64,000 nucleotides of DNA, from NCBI GenBank assembly GCA_963843575.1, contig CAWJKZ010000025.1, forward strand, positions 160,001 to 224,000. Direction: 5' to 3'. This document shows positions 51,431 to 60,084 of the stretch, one piece after another; positions within the stretch are counted from its first letter, which is position 1, and every line of letters begins with the position of its first letter. The notes beneath the pieces were generated by a model. It did no database searches. It was not told the origin of the DNA and saw nothing but the letters and a program-made list of their open reading frames with translations. The position numbers and the translations under genes were made by a program. This DNA comes from an uncultured Acidobacteriota bacterium. GTDB lineage: Bacteria > Acidobacteriota > UBA6911.

Positions 51431-51835
51431 AGAGGTTACTCGCTCCGCATTGCGTTCTCTTTAGCTGCCATTGTAGCAGCTATACAGGGCGTCATAGATG
51501 ATTGCGCATCATCCTGAGTGCACCTGAGGGCACAGTGGATATGCCGGAGCGCGGCGAGATTCTTGGAGACCTTCAAGTCATGGAGGTTGGTTTTTAACCT
51601 CTGAGGCTTCTCGAAGGGCTCGAAGATTCTCAAAAGCGGGCACCCCGGCATGAACTGATGTCACTCCGTATAAAGGGAAAAGACCAGGCTCTTGTTTTGC
51701 TCCGGCCGGACGTGACGCTCTTCCGGCGCTCTCGCACACCCCTGCGTCTCACGTTATCATCCCCTGGGACCCCGGTACAATCCGCCGGGCTACCGGGGAA
51801 CGGAACGTGAGCCGCGACGACACTTGGAGGCAGCC

Positions 51836-52654
51836 ATGACCCTTGCAGGAATCGACTTCGACGGGGAACTCGAGCGCGGGCTCGAGAGCTACGACGACGT
51901 GCTGGGCGGGTGGTGGCTGCGGCAGTCGGAGAACGGGGCACACCGGCGCGCGTACCGCACGATTGCCAGGTACATCCACGATTCGTTCCGGAGGCCGCTT
52001 GGGCTGGTGATCGACTACGGCTGCGGCACCGGCGCGCTCCTGTCCAGGCTCGCCTGGCGCTATCCCGGTGCCCGCTTCCTCGGTCTCGATGGTTCCGCCT
52101 TCATGCTCGAGCTGGCCCGTCGCAGGGTCGCACGCCTTGGACGCGCGTGTACGACGCGCATCCGGCTGCTGCGCTCTCCCCTGCCCAATTTCGCGCTGCC
52201 CAGGGGAGCGGCGGACCTGGTCGTCTATGCATTTCCGAATATCGTCCCCCGCGTCCCGGGCGACGACTTTCACTCGGATGCGCACCGCCTCACCGAGGGG
52301 GAACGTCAGGCCCTGCGCCGCCTGGCCCTTGCCGAAGGGGGCCACGCGGACGTGCTGCGCGACCGCCTGGTCGCCCTCAACCTCCACGGGCTGCTCAAGC
52401 GCGGCGGTTACTGCGTGCGCGTGGAGTACTGCGCCGTGCGTCGGTACGAACTCAGTCACTCGGAACTGCTCCGGACCGGGCTAGAGGAAGGGTCGCTCGA
52501 CTCGGTCCTCGGCGCCCGAAGGCCCAGACAGTGGTTTCGGGTAGTCGCCTCCTCCTGGTTTCGTTCAGGTGTCATAGAGGACGTCCGCCACCAAGCGGGC
52601 ATCCGGCGGGCCGGCCCCGGCGGCTACGCCATCACAGTCCTGCGCGCCCTGTAA
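51836..52654 (+). CDS. Class I SAM-dependent methyltransferase
   Basis: RBS GGAGG; VIDYGCGTG, LGLDGSAFML, LLKRGG. Confidence 0.8.
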   Translation: MTLAGIDFDGELERGLESYDDVLGGWWLRQSENGAHRRAYRTIARYIHDSFRRPLGLVIDYGCGTGALLSRLAWRYPGARFLGLDGSAFMLELARRRVARLGRACTTRIRLLRSPLPNFALPRGAADLVVYAFPNIVPRVPGDDFHSDAHRLTEGERQALRRLALAEGGHADVLRDRLVALNLHGLLKRGGYCVRVEYCAVRRYELSHSELLRTGLEEGSLDSVLGARRPRQWFRVVASSWFRSGVIEDVRHQAGIRRAGPGGYAITVLRAL

Positions 52655-53168
52655 CCGTTACGTGGCGCGGGATTCATCGAGAGTCCACCCTCGGAGCTAC
52701 GATGGGTCGGGGCTATGCCGCCGGGGCCCGAGCGACGAGAGCCGGCCGGCGTGCGCGCTCGTCCGGGCTCCGGCGATTTTCCCGCCTAATAACGGAATCA
52801 TTCGGCGTCTGAACAACAGACTGGCAATTGTGACCTTGCTCACCTGGCGAGCGAACACCGGCCGGTCGGGAATCGCAGTACAGCCGTGCTTCGGGCGGCC
52901 TCCCGGGTCGCGCCGAGCTCCCCCGGATATCTTCCGGGGGACGACGATCCAGGCTGGAATTGGAGTGCTGTGACGGAGGGTGCAGCACGTGTGACTCCAA
53001 CCGGTCCTGTTGCTCTCCATATGGTCATCACGGAAATGCCCGGAGCGCGTTCGTGCAGAACGTTGCACTAGCTTCGAACAGCGCCCCGCGGTGTGTTTTT
53101 CCGGAGAACACGTTAATAGGCGTGTGCGCGGAGTTTGCGTGCCCGCCACCATAGCAGGAGCCAAATCG

Positions 53169-53369
53169 ATGTCGACGATGCCCAAAATCCACGTCGTGGT
53201 GAAGAACAACCAGCATTACAGCCCTAAAATCGACTACAGTCAGAAGTGTACCTGCGGCCACTACCGTTACGAGCACCACCAGCCGTTCGGCTGCATGCAG
53301 TGGGACGTGCGTCGACGCCACGGATGGTGCGAGTGCGAAGGGTTCTCGGCCTGGAAGGTGCTCGGTTAG
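53169..53369 (+). CDS. Small Cys/His-rich putative zinc-binding protein (66 aa)
   Basis: RBS AGGAG; CTCGHYRYEHH...C...CECEGF. Confidence 0.6.
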   Translation: MSTMPKIHVVVKNNQHYSPKIDYSQKCTCGHYRYEHHQPFGCMQWDVRRRHGWCECEGFSAWKVLG

Positions 53370-53411
53370 AGGATCGTCGGTGCGCGCGTCGCTATGTTGC
53401 GCAGGACAGAA

Positions 53412-53438
53412 GACGTCCGGGCTGAAGCCAGGACCCAC
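53412..53438. repeat. REP-like palindrome family A
   Basis: gacgtccgggctgaagccaggacccac (one mismatch to the 39147 copy). Confidence 0.8.
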
Positions 53439-53462
53439 GTGGTTTGCGAGGTTGTACCGCTC

Positions 53463-54017
53463 TTATAGCGTAGGGCTTATTGTGTAGTCCACCTGGCTGT
53501 CGAACCACTCCCGCCGAGCTTCGTAGACTTGCCGGGCGATGATCGAATCCCGGTCCAGGGCGTGGTCCAGGGCCAGGACGCCGTCGAGGTGATCTACCTC
53601 GTGTTGGACCAGTTCCGCAACGGCCTGCCCGGTCCCCTGCCAAACTCGCAGCTCTCCAGCCTCGGTCCGGAACTGCACGTCGACGTGCATGTGACGTTGC
53701 AGCCGGACCATCAGCCAGGGGAAACTCAGGCAGTCGTCCCAAAGGGTGAACTGCTCAGCGCTTCTGTCGAGGATCTCCGGGTTAATGAGGAGAAAGGGTC
53801 CGCTGCCGAGGTTCATCGCCACGATCCTGCGTAGGATGCCGACCTGGGGGGCCGCGATGGCCCGGCCGAAGCCGTGTTCGGCCCGGAACTGCTCGAGCGC
53901 GCGGAGCAGCCGACTGCAGTCTCGCTGCATCCCGGGATCCGCGAAGTCGGCCACGGGCCCGCACCGGACGCGCAGGCGCGGGTCCCCAACCAGCAGAATC
54001 TGTTCACGCGGCTCCAA
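53463..54017 (-). CDS. def: Peptide deformylase family protein (variant motifs)
   Basis: GDPRLR, GRAIAAPQVG, INPEI, DDCLS, QHEVDHLDG. Confidence 0.85.
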   Translation of the reverse strand: MEPREQILLVGDPRLRVRCGPVADFADPGMQRDCSRLLRALEQFRAEHGFGRAIAAPQVGILRRIVAMNLGSGPFLLINPEILDRSAEQFTLWDDCLSFPWLMVRLQRHMHVDVQFRTEAGELRVWQGTGQAVAELVQHEVDHLDGVLALDHALDRDSIIARQVYEARREWFDSQVDYTISPTL

Positions 54018-54271
54018 TGGAGTTCCTCCTCACCGAGACTATGCCAGCCGGAAAGACCGCAAGGCAACAGGATTTGCCCGGCACCGGAACCCATCTACGT
54101 TGTGCGGCCTTGACCGGCCGGGAAAGATAAAAGCAGAAGCGAACATGGATATTCGCGGATTTGACGGGTTCGCGCGGATCGGCCGCGTCCGGAAAAACCC
54201 AACCGGCCGGCGGCCGACCCGCGGGGCCGAGGCGAACACCGGTGGTTGCGGCGCCCCTCGTCCGGCGACGC

Positions 54272-54795
54272 TCACCACGAGGACGCCAGCCTCTTTCCCC
54301 TGCGGGAGCGCTTCCAGAACCGTACTGCCTTGACAGCAACCACCGCGGCGGCCACGAGAACGCCTGAGGTCACGAAGAACAGCAGGGTGTGGCGGGACAA
54401 GACGACAAATACACGGCGACCGTACTCGGCGGCCAGATACGCAGCAGCCGAGTATCGGATGAAACGGGCCGACACATAGGCCGCAAGGAATTTCCTGAGC
54501 GGGTATTTCAAAGCACCCGCCCCCAGCTAGACATCACCGCGTAGTACAGCCACCACTCGCGGTGATAGGCCGAAAGCAGGATCGTGAAAAGACCCTGGCT
54601 GCCGGGCACCGGCACCAGGGAGTTGTCGATGACGCCCCCGACGATAAGCCCGAGGCCGCCGAGACGCCACACGAGACGCCTGACTTCCCACAGACCACGC
54701 CCCACCTCCACACGCAAATATCGTTCCATTGGCCATCGCAGCCAGGCTTCCCGACGTCGTTCGTACCCACTGCGCTGACGGGAAAATTGCCCCAT
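54272..54795 (-). pseudogene. VTT/DedA (YqaA-like) membrane protein, disrupted
   Basis: LGGLGLI..VIDNSLVPVPG...WWLYYAVM, then a jump to AGALKYPLRKFL..YVSARFIRY; the middle appears deleted and frameshifted. Confidence 0.55.
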
Positions 54796-54957
54796 GGGGC
54801 ACCCGGGGAAACAATACCGGGAGGCTTGTCTGCAAATCGGCTATCCAGCGAAGCACCGACACCTGAAAGACTTGTCGCACGCGGGTTCGGTGGCATGAGA
54901 GTTGCCTGAGCCCCGGTGTGATTTTTTTGCCCACCGAGGTGGGGGAAGGAGAGTCGT

Positions 54958-56424
54958 ATGAAAAGCCTTTTTGTGCCGGTACTGGTCGTCGCCGGACTGC
55001 TGGTTTCGGCCGGCCCTGGGGCGAACGCGCTGAGTGCGCGAGAGACCGAAGATCAGGCCGAGCGTGCGCAGATGGCGGCAGAGGTGTTGTCCGACCTCAT
55101 GAAAACGCCGGACAAGGGAATCCCGCAAGATCTGCTCGAACGCGCCGAAGCAGTCGCCGTAATCCCCAACGTGATCAAGGCAGCCTTTGGAATCGGCGGC
55201 AGCTGGGGGAAGGGTCTGTTGTCGGTCCGGGAGCAGAATGGAAAGTGGAGCGCACCCGCCTTCATCGACATCGGCGGAGGGAGTTTCGGGTTTCAGATCG
55301 GCGGCCAGTCAACCGACGTGGTGCTGGTGTTCACTGACAAACAGGGAATAAGGACACTCCTGGACTCAAAGCTGAAGCTCGGCGCCGATGCCTCCGTCGC
55401 GGCGGGTCCTGTCGGTAGAACCGGCAGCGTCGGCACCGACCTGGGGTTCGATTCGGCCGTTTACTCGTATTCGCGGTCCAAGGGGCTCTTCGCCGGTCTG
55501 GCGCTGGACGGAACGGTCATCAGCATCGATGACAGCGCAAACCACAAGGTATACGGTGCCGGCATTTCGGGCACCGACATCCTCATGCGTGGCCGGGTGA
55601 AGCCGACGACCGTGACGACACCGTTCCTGGCGGGGCTGGCACGGTACAGCCCGCGCTACCTGGAAGCTGCCAGGCGACCTGTCGGGCGCACGCAATCCGC
55701 CGCAACGCGCCAGACCCGGGAGACCGCACACGAGGTGACGCAGGACGTCGATCGCACAACCGGCCGGCAGTCGCGGGAGATCGCACGCACCGACATCCCG
55801 AAGGACTCACAGGACCAGGCCGAAAGGGCGCAGCGCGCCGCGGTGGTTTTGGATGAACTGGTCAGGACACCCGACCGGTCTATCCCGCGTGAGTTGCTCG
55901 ACCGCGCATACGGGATCGCCGTCATTCCGAACGTCGTCAAGGCGGCTTTCGGCGTCGGCGGCCGCTGGGGCAAAGGCCTGCTCTCCGTGCGGGAGGGAGG
56001 AAAATGGAGCGCCCCGGCATTCATCGACCTGGCTGGCGGCAGCTTCGGGCTGCAGATCGGGGCCCAGGCCACCGATCTCGTCATGGTCTTCACGGAGAAA
56101 AACAGCGTCCAATCGCTTCTCGATTCCAAGATGAAACTCGGCGCGGATGCGTCGGTGGCAGCGGGCCCAGTCGGGCGCGGCGCCGAAGCCGGAACCGACG
56201 CCAAATTGAACGCGGCCATCTACGCGTACTCACGTTCGAAGGGTCTGTTTGCCGGGGTGGCGCTCGACGGCGCCGTAATCTCGATGGACGACAGTGCCAA
56301 CCACAAGGTGTACGGAGAAAGCGCAACAGCCAGGGACATCCTGAGCGGTCGTCTCTCGAGCCCGTCCATAACGACCCCCTTCGTCAGCGCCTTGAGGCAG
56401 TACAGCCCACGGGTGACTAAGTAG
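54958..56424 (+). CDS. Secreted protein with two tandem SYLF/Ysc84 lipid-binding domains
   Basis: Two copies of IPxxLLxRA...VIPNVxKAAFGxGGxWGKG...WSAPAFI...GGSFGxQIG...LGADASVAAGPVGR...YSRSKGLFAG. Confidence 0.92.
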   Translation: MKSLFVPVLVVAGLLVSAGPGANALSARETEDQAERAQMAAEVLSDLMKTPDKGIPQDLLERAEAVAVIPNVIKAAFGIGGSWGKGLLSVREQNGKWSAPAFIDIGGGSFGFQIGGQSTDVVLVFTDKQGIRTLLDSKLKLGADASVAAGPVGRTGSVGTDLGFDSAVYSYSRSKGLFAGLALDGTVISIDDSANHKVYGAGISGTDILMRGRVKPTTVTTPFLAGLARYSPRYLEAARRPVGRTQSAATRQTRETAHEVTQDVDRTTGRQSREIARTDIPKDSQDQAERAQRAAVVLDELVRTPDRSIPRELLDRAYGIAVIPNVVKAAFGVGGRWGKGLLSVREGGKWSAPAFIDLAGGSFGLQIGAQATDLVMVFTEKNSVQSLLDSKMKLGADASVAAGPVGRGAEAGTDAKLNAAIYAYSRSKGLFAGVALDGAVISMDDSANHKVYGESATARDILSGRLSSPSITTPFVSALRQYSPRVTK

Positions 56425-56818
56425 CACATTTCGCAAACACGCTAACGTATTCTTGGGATGGAGCTGTTCACCGATTGACAACAGCAGAACGCGGATCTTC
56501 CCGGGTTTTACGGATTCACGCGGATCGGCCGCGCCCGGCAGTCCTCGGGGAGGAATGCCGGGCGCGGCCTGCCACCATCCGCGGAAATCCGCGTCCTGGA
56601 AATGTTAGCGTATTTCTGAACACGAGTAAGCGTTTGTGCTTACTTCAACAACGACGTGGGGCGACACGCCGTCGTGAACGCCGTCAGGCTCGGATCTCTG
56701 GTCGGAGCCACGCCGATGTAGTCCCGCCCGCCCCGGCGCGTATCCTATGATCGAGGGGGGGCGAATCGAACAAGCAGTTCCGCCACCTGTTCCACGCGCC
56801 GTCCGGATAGAGGGGCAG

Positions 56819-57613
56819 ATGAGCCAGGCAGGGGACCACGCACCGCTCAGATATTGCGACTACGACCCGCTGGCCTGGTTCTACAACCGTCACTGGGGCG
56901 ACGCCTACCACCGTCTTGCCCTGGCCGCAATCGAGAACCTCGCCCCCGGATTGTGCGGACCGGGGCGCCGCACCCTGGACCTGTGCTGCGGCACGGGTCA
57001 ACTCACCCGCATGCTCGCAGACAAGGGGTGCGAGGTCACGGGAGTCGACGGCTCCGAGGAAATGCTCCGTTTCGCGCGGGGAAAAGTGCCTACCGGCAAA
57101 TTCTACGCCGCCGACGCCCGCTATCTCCGGCTTTCCCGCAACTACCAGCTTGCCGTGTCCACGTTCGAGAGCATGAACCACATCACCAGCCTCCCCGAAC
57201 TCGAGGCCGTCTTCCGCAACGTCGCCGCGGCACTGGTGGAAGGGGGCTGTTTCGTGTTCGATATCCTTACGGAGGAGACTTACCTCGTGGAGTGGAAGAA
57301 ATCGTCCGCCGTGGTGGAGGACGACAACGCCTGCTTCGTCAGGGGCGGCTACAATCCCGAGACCCGGATTGCCCACGCCGACATCACCATGTTTCGCCTG
57401 ACCGATGCCTGGAGACGCTCGGACGCCACCATCCTGGAGAGGTACTATCCGGTGTCCGATGTCGGGGAAGCCCTGCGCGCAGCCAGTTTTGGCAGCGTGA
57501 ACCTGCTAGCTCTCGAGGGGAGAGTCTTTTTTCGCGCTGACCTCGGAACCTCCGGTTTATCGACGGGGCGAGTCGCTTCAGGACGCTCACCGGGGGCGCG
57601 CGGTCGAACGTAA
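56819..57613 (+). CDS. Class I SAM-dependent methyltransferase
   Basis: YDPLAWFY, TLDLCCGTG, GVDGSEEML, FESMNH, GGCFVFD. Confidence 0.88.
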   Translation: MSQAGDHAPLRYCDYDPLAWFYNRHWGDAYHRLALAAIENLAPGLCGPGRRTLDLCCGTGQLTRMLADKGCEVTGVDGSEEMLRFARGKVPTGKFYAADARYLRLSRNYQLAVSTFESMNHITSLPELEAVFRNVAAALVEGGCFVFDILTEETYLVEWKKSSAVVEDDNACFVRGGYNPETRIAHADITMFRLTDAWRRSDATILERYYPVSDVGEALRAASFGSVNLLALEGRVFFRADLGTSGLSTGRVASGRSPGARGRT

Positions 57614-57683
57614 CAAGGGCGTTACGCACCCCCATTCCCGTATCGTCGTACACCTGGACCGTGACACTCATGCACTCTGCGAC

Positions 57684-58289
57684 TTACTGGGCCGTGAAGT
57701 CCCCGGTGTCGTTGACGCGCACGACCTGGACGCGGTCGGCACGGAGGTCGACGATGCTCACGGACGCCGGGGCGATCTGGAGCCGGTGGAAGAGGTCGAG
57801 AGGGATGCCGGCAAAGTGCGCCAGAGCGGCGCGAATGACGTCGGCGTGGCTGACGAGCGCGATCATGCGGTCTCTATGGACAAGGCGGAGCCGATCCAGC
57901 TCGGCGAGCACGCGGGTCTGAACTTCGGTCGTGCTCTCTCCCCCGGGCGGTCTGGAGCAGCTGCGGAAAGAGTTGAAAACAGACCACTCGGGGAGTGTCG
58001 CCAGCTCTCGCAGGCTCTTCCCGGTCCAGTCGCCGAACCGGACTTCACCAAGGGCGGCGAGCGTCTGCACCTCGAGCCCAAGCCTCGCGGCCAGGGGTGC
58101 CGCGGTTTCCTGGGCCCTTTCCAGCGGGCTGCTGTAGACGGCCTCGAGGGGCAGGACCGCAAGACGCTGCGCGAGGCGCTCGGCCTGCAGCCGTCCGCGT
58201 TCGTTGAGGTGAACCCCCGGGGTCCAGCCGGCGATTCCGGTCCCGATCCAGTCGTTGTGTGCGTGGCGAATCAGCAGCAGCGTCGGCAT
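57684..58289 (-). CDS. Histidine phosphatase (phosphoglycerate mutase-like) family protein
   Basis: LIRHA, YSSPLERAQETA, EVRFGDWTG, PGGES, VSHADVI. Confidence 0.92.
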   Translation of the reverse strand: MPTLLLIRHAHNDWIGTGIAGWTPGVHLNERGRLQAERLAQRLAVLPLEAVYSSPLERAQETAAPLAARLGLEVQTLAALGEVRFGDWTGKSLRELATLPEWSVFNSFRSCSRPPGGESTTEVQTRVLAELDRLRLVHRDRMIALVSHADVIRAALAHFAGIPLDLFHRLQIAPASVSIVDLRADRVQVVRVNDTGDFTAQ

Positions 58290-58370
58290 CGCGCCCCTCA
58301 GGCGAAATCAGGAGACTAATGCTAACACGCTGGGCATAAGACTTGCATTAAGGGTGGGACAGGAGGATTT

Positions 58371-58790
58371 ATGACTGAAGATGCGGGGAAGGTCATCGAC
58401 GCCGGGAGGGCGGAGAGCACGAAAGATCCCGTCGACCCTGAGATCGAACGCGAATTCGACGAAGCTCAGAAACTTGCGGGGTCCGGTCCGACCCAATTGG
58501 CGCGCAAGCTACACAAACACCATTCCCGCACACCCCTCCTTTCGGGAGGCGACGCGGAGTGGGACCGTTCCGACATCGGAGAGGAGTCGGTGGGCGGTCA
58601 GAACCCGATGCCGGATCAGGATATCGCCGAGGACCTGGCCAACGCCGTCGGCATCAACTACGAAGACAACGAGCCGCTGCGCTCGGCGGAGAAGCTGGAG
58701 GAGCGCGACCGCAATCGCTGGGAGTTCGACCCGGCATCGTCCGAGGATTACATGGATCGGGTGCACGACAAGCCGGAAAAGAAACCATGA
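58371..58790 (+). CDS. DUF6335 family acidic protein
   Basis: RBS AGGAGG; LSGGD..W...GEESVGGQNPMPDQD...EPLRSAEKLEERDRNRWEFDPASSED. Confidence 0.75.
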   Translation: MTEDAGKVIDAGRAESTKDPVDPEIEREFDEAQKLAGSGPTQLARKLHKHHSRTPLLSGGDAEWDRSDIGEESVGGQNPMPDQDIAEDLANAVGINYEDNEPLRSAEKLEERDRNRWEFDPASSEDYMDRVHDKPEKKP

Positions 58791-58791
58791 A

Positions 58792-58916
58792 ACAAGTGGG
58801 TCAAGTGGGGACGTCCGGGCTGAAGCCCGGGCGGTTTGCGGTCGCTATGCGGTGCAGGTGTTACTGTATGGCACGGTTTTAAAGACGTCCGGGCTGAAGC
58901 CCGGACCCACTTGTTT
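58792..58916. repeat. Pair of REP-like family A palindromes between convergent genes
   Basis: Copies at 58810-58831 and 58884-58910; flanks aacaagtggg and cccacttgtt are complementary. Confidence 0.8.
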
Positions 58917-58917
58917 G

Positions 58918-60084
58918 CTACCTCGCGTAGAAGCCCGCCTCATACGCCGCGTCGTACATGGCGACGATGTTTTCGGGGGGCACTCCCGCCTGGAGGTTGT
59001 GGCTGTTGCAGAAGACATACCCGCCCCCCGGCATGAACGCTCGGACGTTGGCCGCAACTTCTTCCCGGACCCGTTCGGGGGTGGCGAAGGGCAGCGTGTG
59101 CTGGGCATCGATGCCGCCGCCCCAGAAGGTCAGCTCCCGGCCGAACCTTCGCTTCAGCGTCACCGGGTCCATGTCGCGCGCGCCGATCTGTACCGGATTC
59201 AAAATGTCGATGCCGTTGTCGAGGAGGTCCGGCACGAGCGGCGCGCAGCCTCCACAGGTGTGATACCAGATCTTCGCGCCGGTCAGGCTCCGGATCGTCT
59301 CGATCACCCGCTTGTGCCTGGGCTTCACCACCGAGCGGTAGCAGGCGGGCGAAAACATCGGCCCCTGCTGGCCGGCGAGGTCGTCACCGATCATCACGAT
59401 GTCGAGCAGGTCGCCGACCTCGGTGAGGAAGCCTTTCAGCCATTCCACCCAGAAGCGGCAGGTCCGATCCAGCAGGGCTTCGCAAAACCGAGGGTTCTCG
59501 GCCATGTCGGCAAACCACTGCTCGAGCCCCCTCATGTACCAGCACACCTCATAGGTGACACCGCAGATGCCGCTGGACAGCGCGTAAGGCGTTTCCCGAC
59601 GCATCCGCAGCGCACGCTCCCGCAACCCGGCAAAACGCGACGGATCGCCGCCGTTCGGAAAGGGGTAAGAGTCGATGTCCTCGACGCGCGCGCCGGCCAG
59701 CGGGTGGTGGGTGATGTCCATGTACAGCCGCTGGTCTTCGGGCATCGACCACACGACCCCGAACTCGTCCTTCAGCTCGCTCCAAGCCCTGCCGTCGCGG
59801 ACCGTCCGGCGAACCGTCCCGTCGAAACCTGCCGGCGCCTGGGGAACGAGATAACGAACGTCGACGTGAAAGCGCTCGAGGACCCTCTCGGAGGGAATCG
59901 CGAGTTGCTGAACCGGGTCGAGCGTGCGGATCTCCTCTTGCCACCCGAGGTGGGCTAGCAGCGCCTCGTACGCTATCCGGTGGATGCCCGTCTGAAATCC
60001 GCCGAGGTCGATCGGGACCCTGTCGGGTTCCCGGTGGGACAGCGCGGCCAGCACGCGCTCGCGCGACCCCATCGTCTCCTTCAT
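58918..60084 (-). CDS. Uroporphyrinogen decarboxylase / MtaA-CmuA family protein
   Basis: SRERVLAALSHREPDRVPID, MRGLEQW, IGDDL, WYHTCG, LNPVQ, TFWGGGIDAQ, GGGYVFCNSHNLQ...PENI. Confidence 0.9.
   Translation of the reverse strand: MKETMGSRERVLAALSHREPDRVPIDLGGFQTGIHRIAYEALLAHLGWQEEIRTLDPVQQLAIPSERVLERFHVDVRYLVPQAPAGFDGTVRRTVRDGRAWSELKDEFGVVWSMPEDQRLYMDITHHPLAGARVEDIDSYPFPNGGDPSRFAGLRERALRMRRETPYALSSGICGVTYEVCWYMRGLEQWFADMAENPRFCEALLDRTCRFWVEWLKGFLTEVGDLLDIVMIGDDLAGQQGPMFSPACYRSVVKPRHKRVIETIRSLTGAKIWYHTCGGCAPLVPDLLDNGIDILNPVQIGARDMDPVTLKRRFGRELTFWGGGIDAQHTLPFATPERVREEVAANVRAFMPGGGYVFCNSHNLQAGVPPENIVAMYDAAYEAGFYAR

Noticed and set aside
39147-58916. Palindromic repeats as a CRISPR array
   Set aside because: Copies are dispersed rather than regularly spaced with unique spacers, and no cas genes are present.
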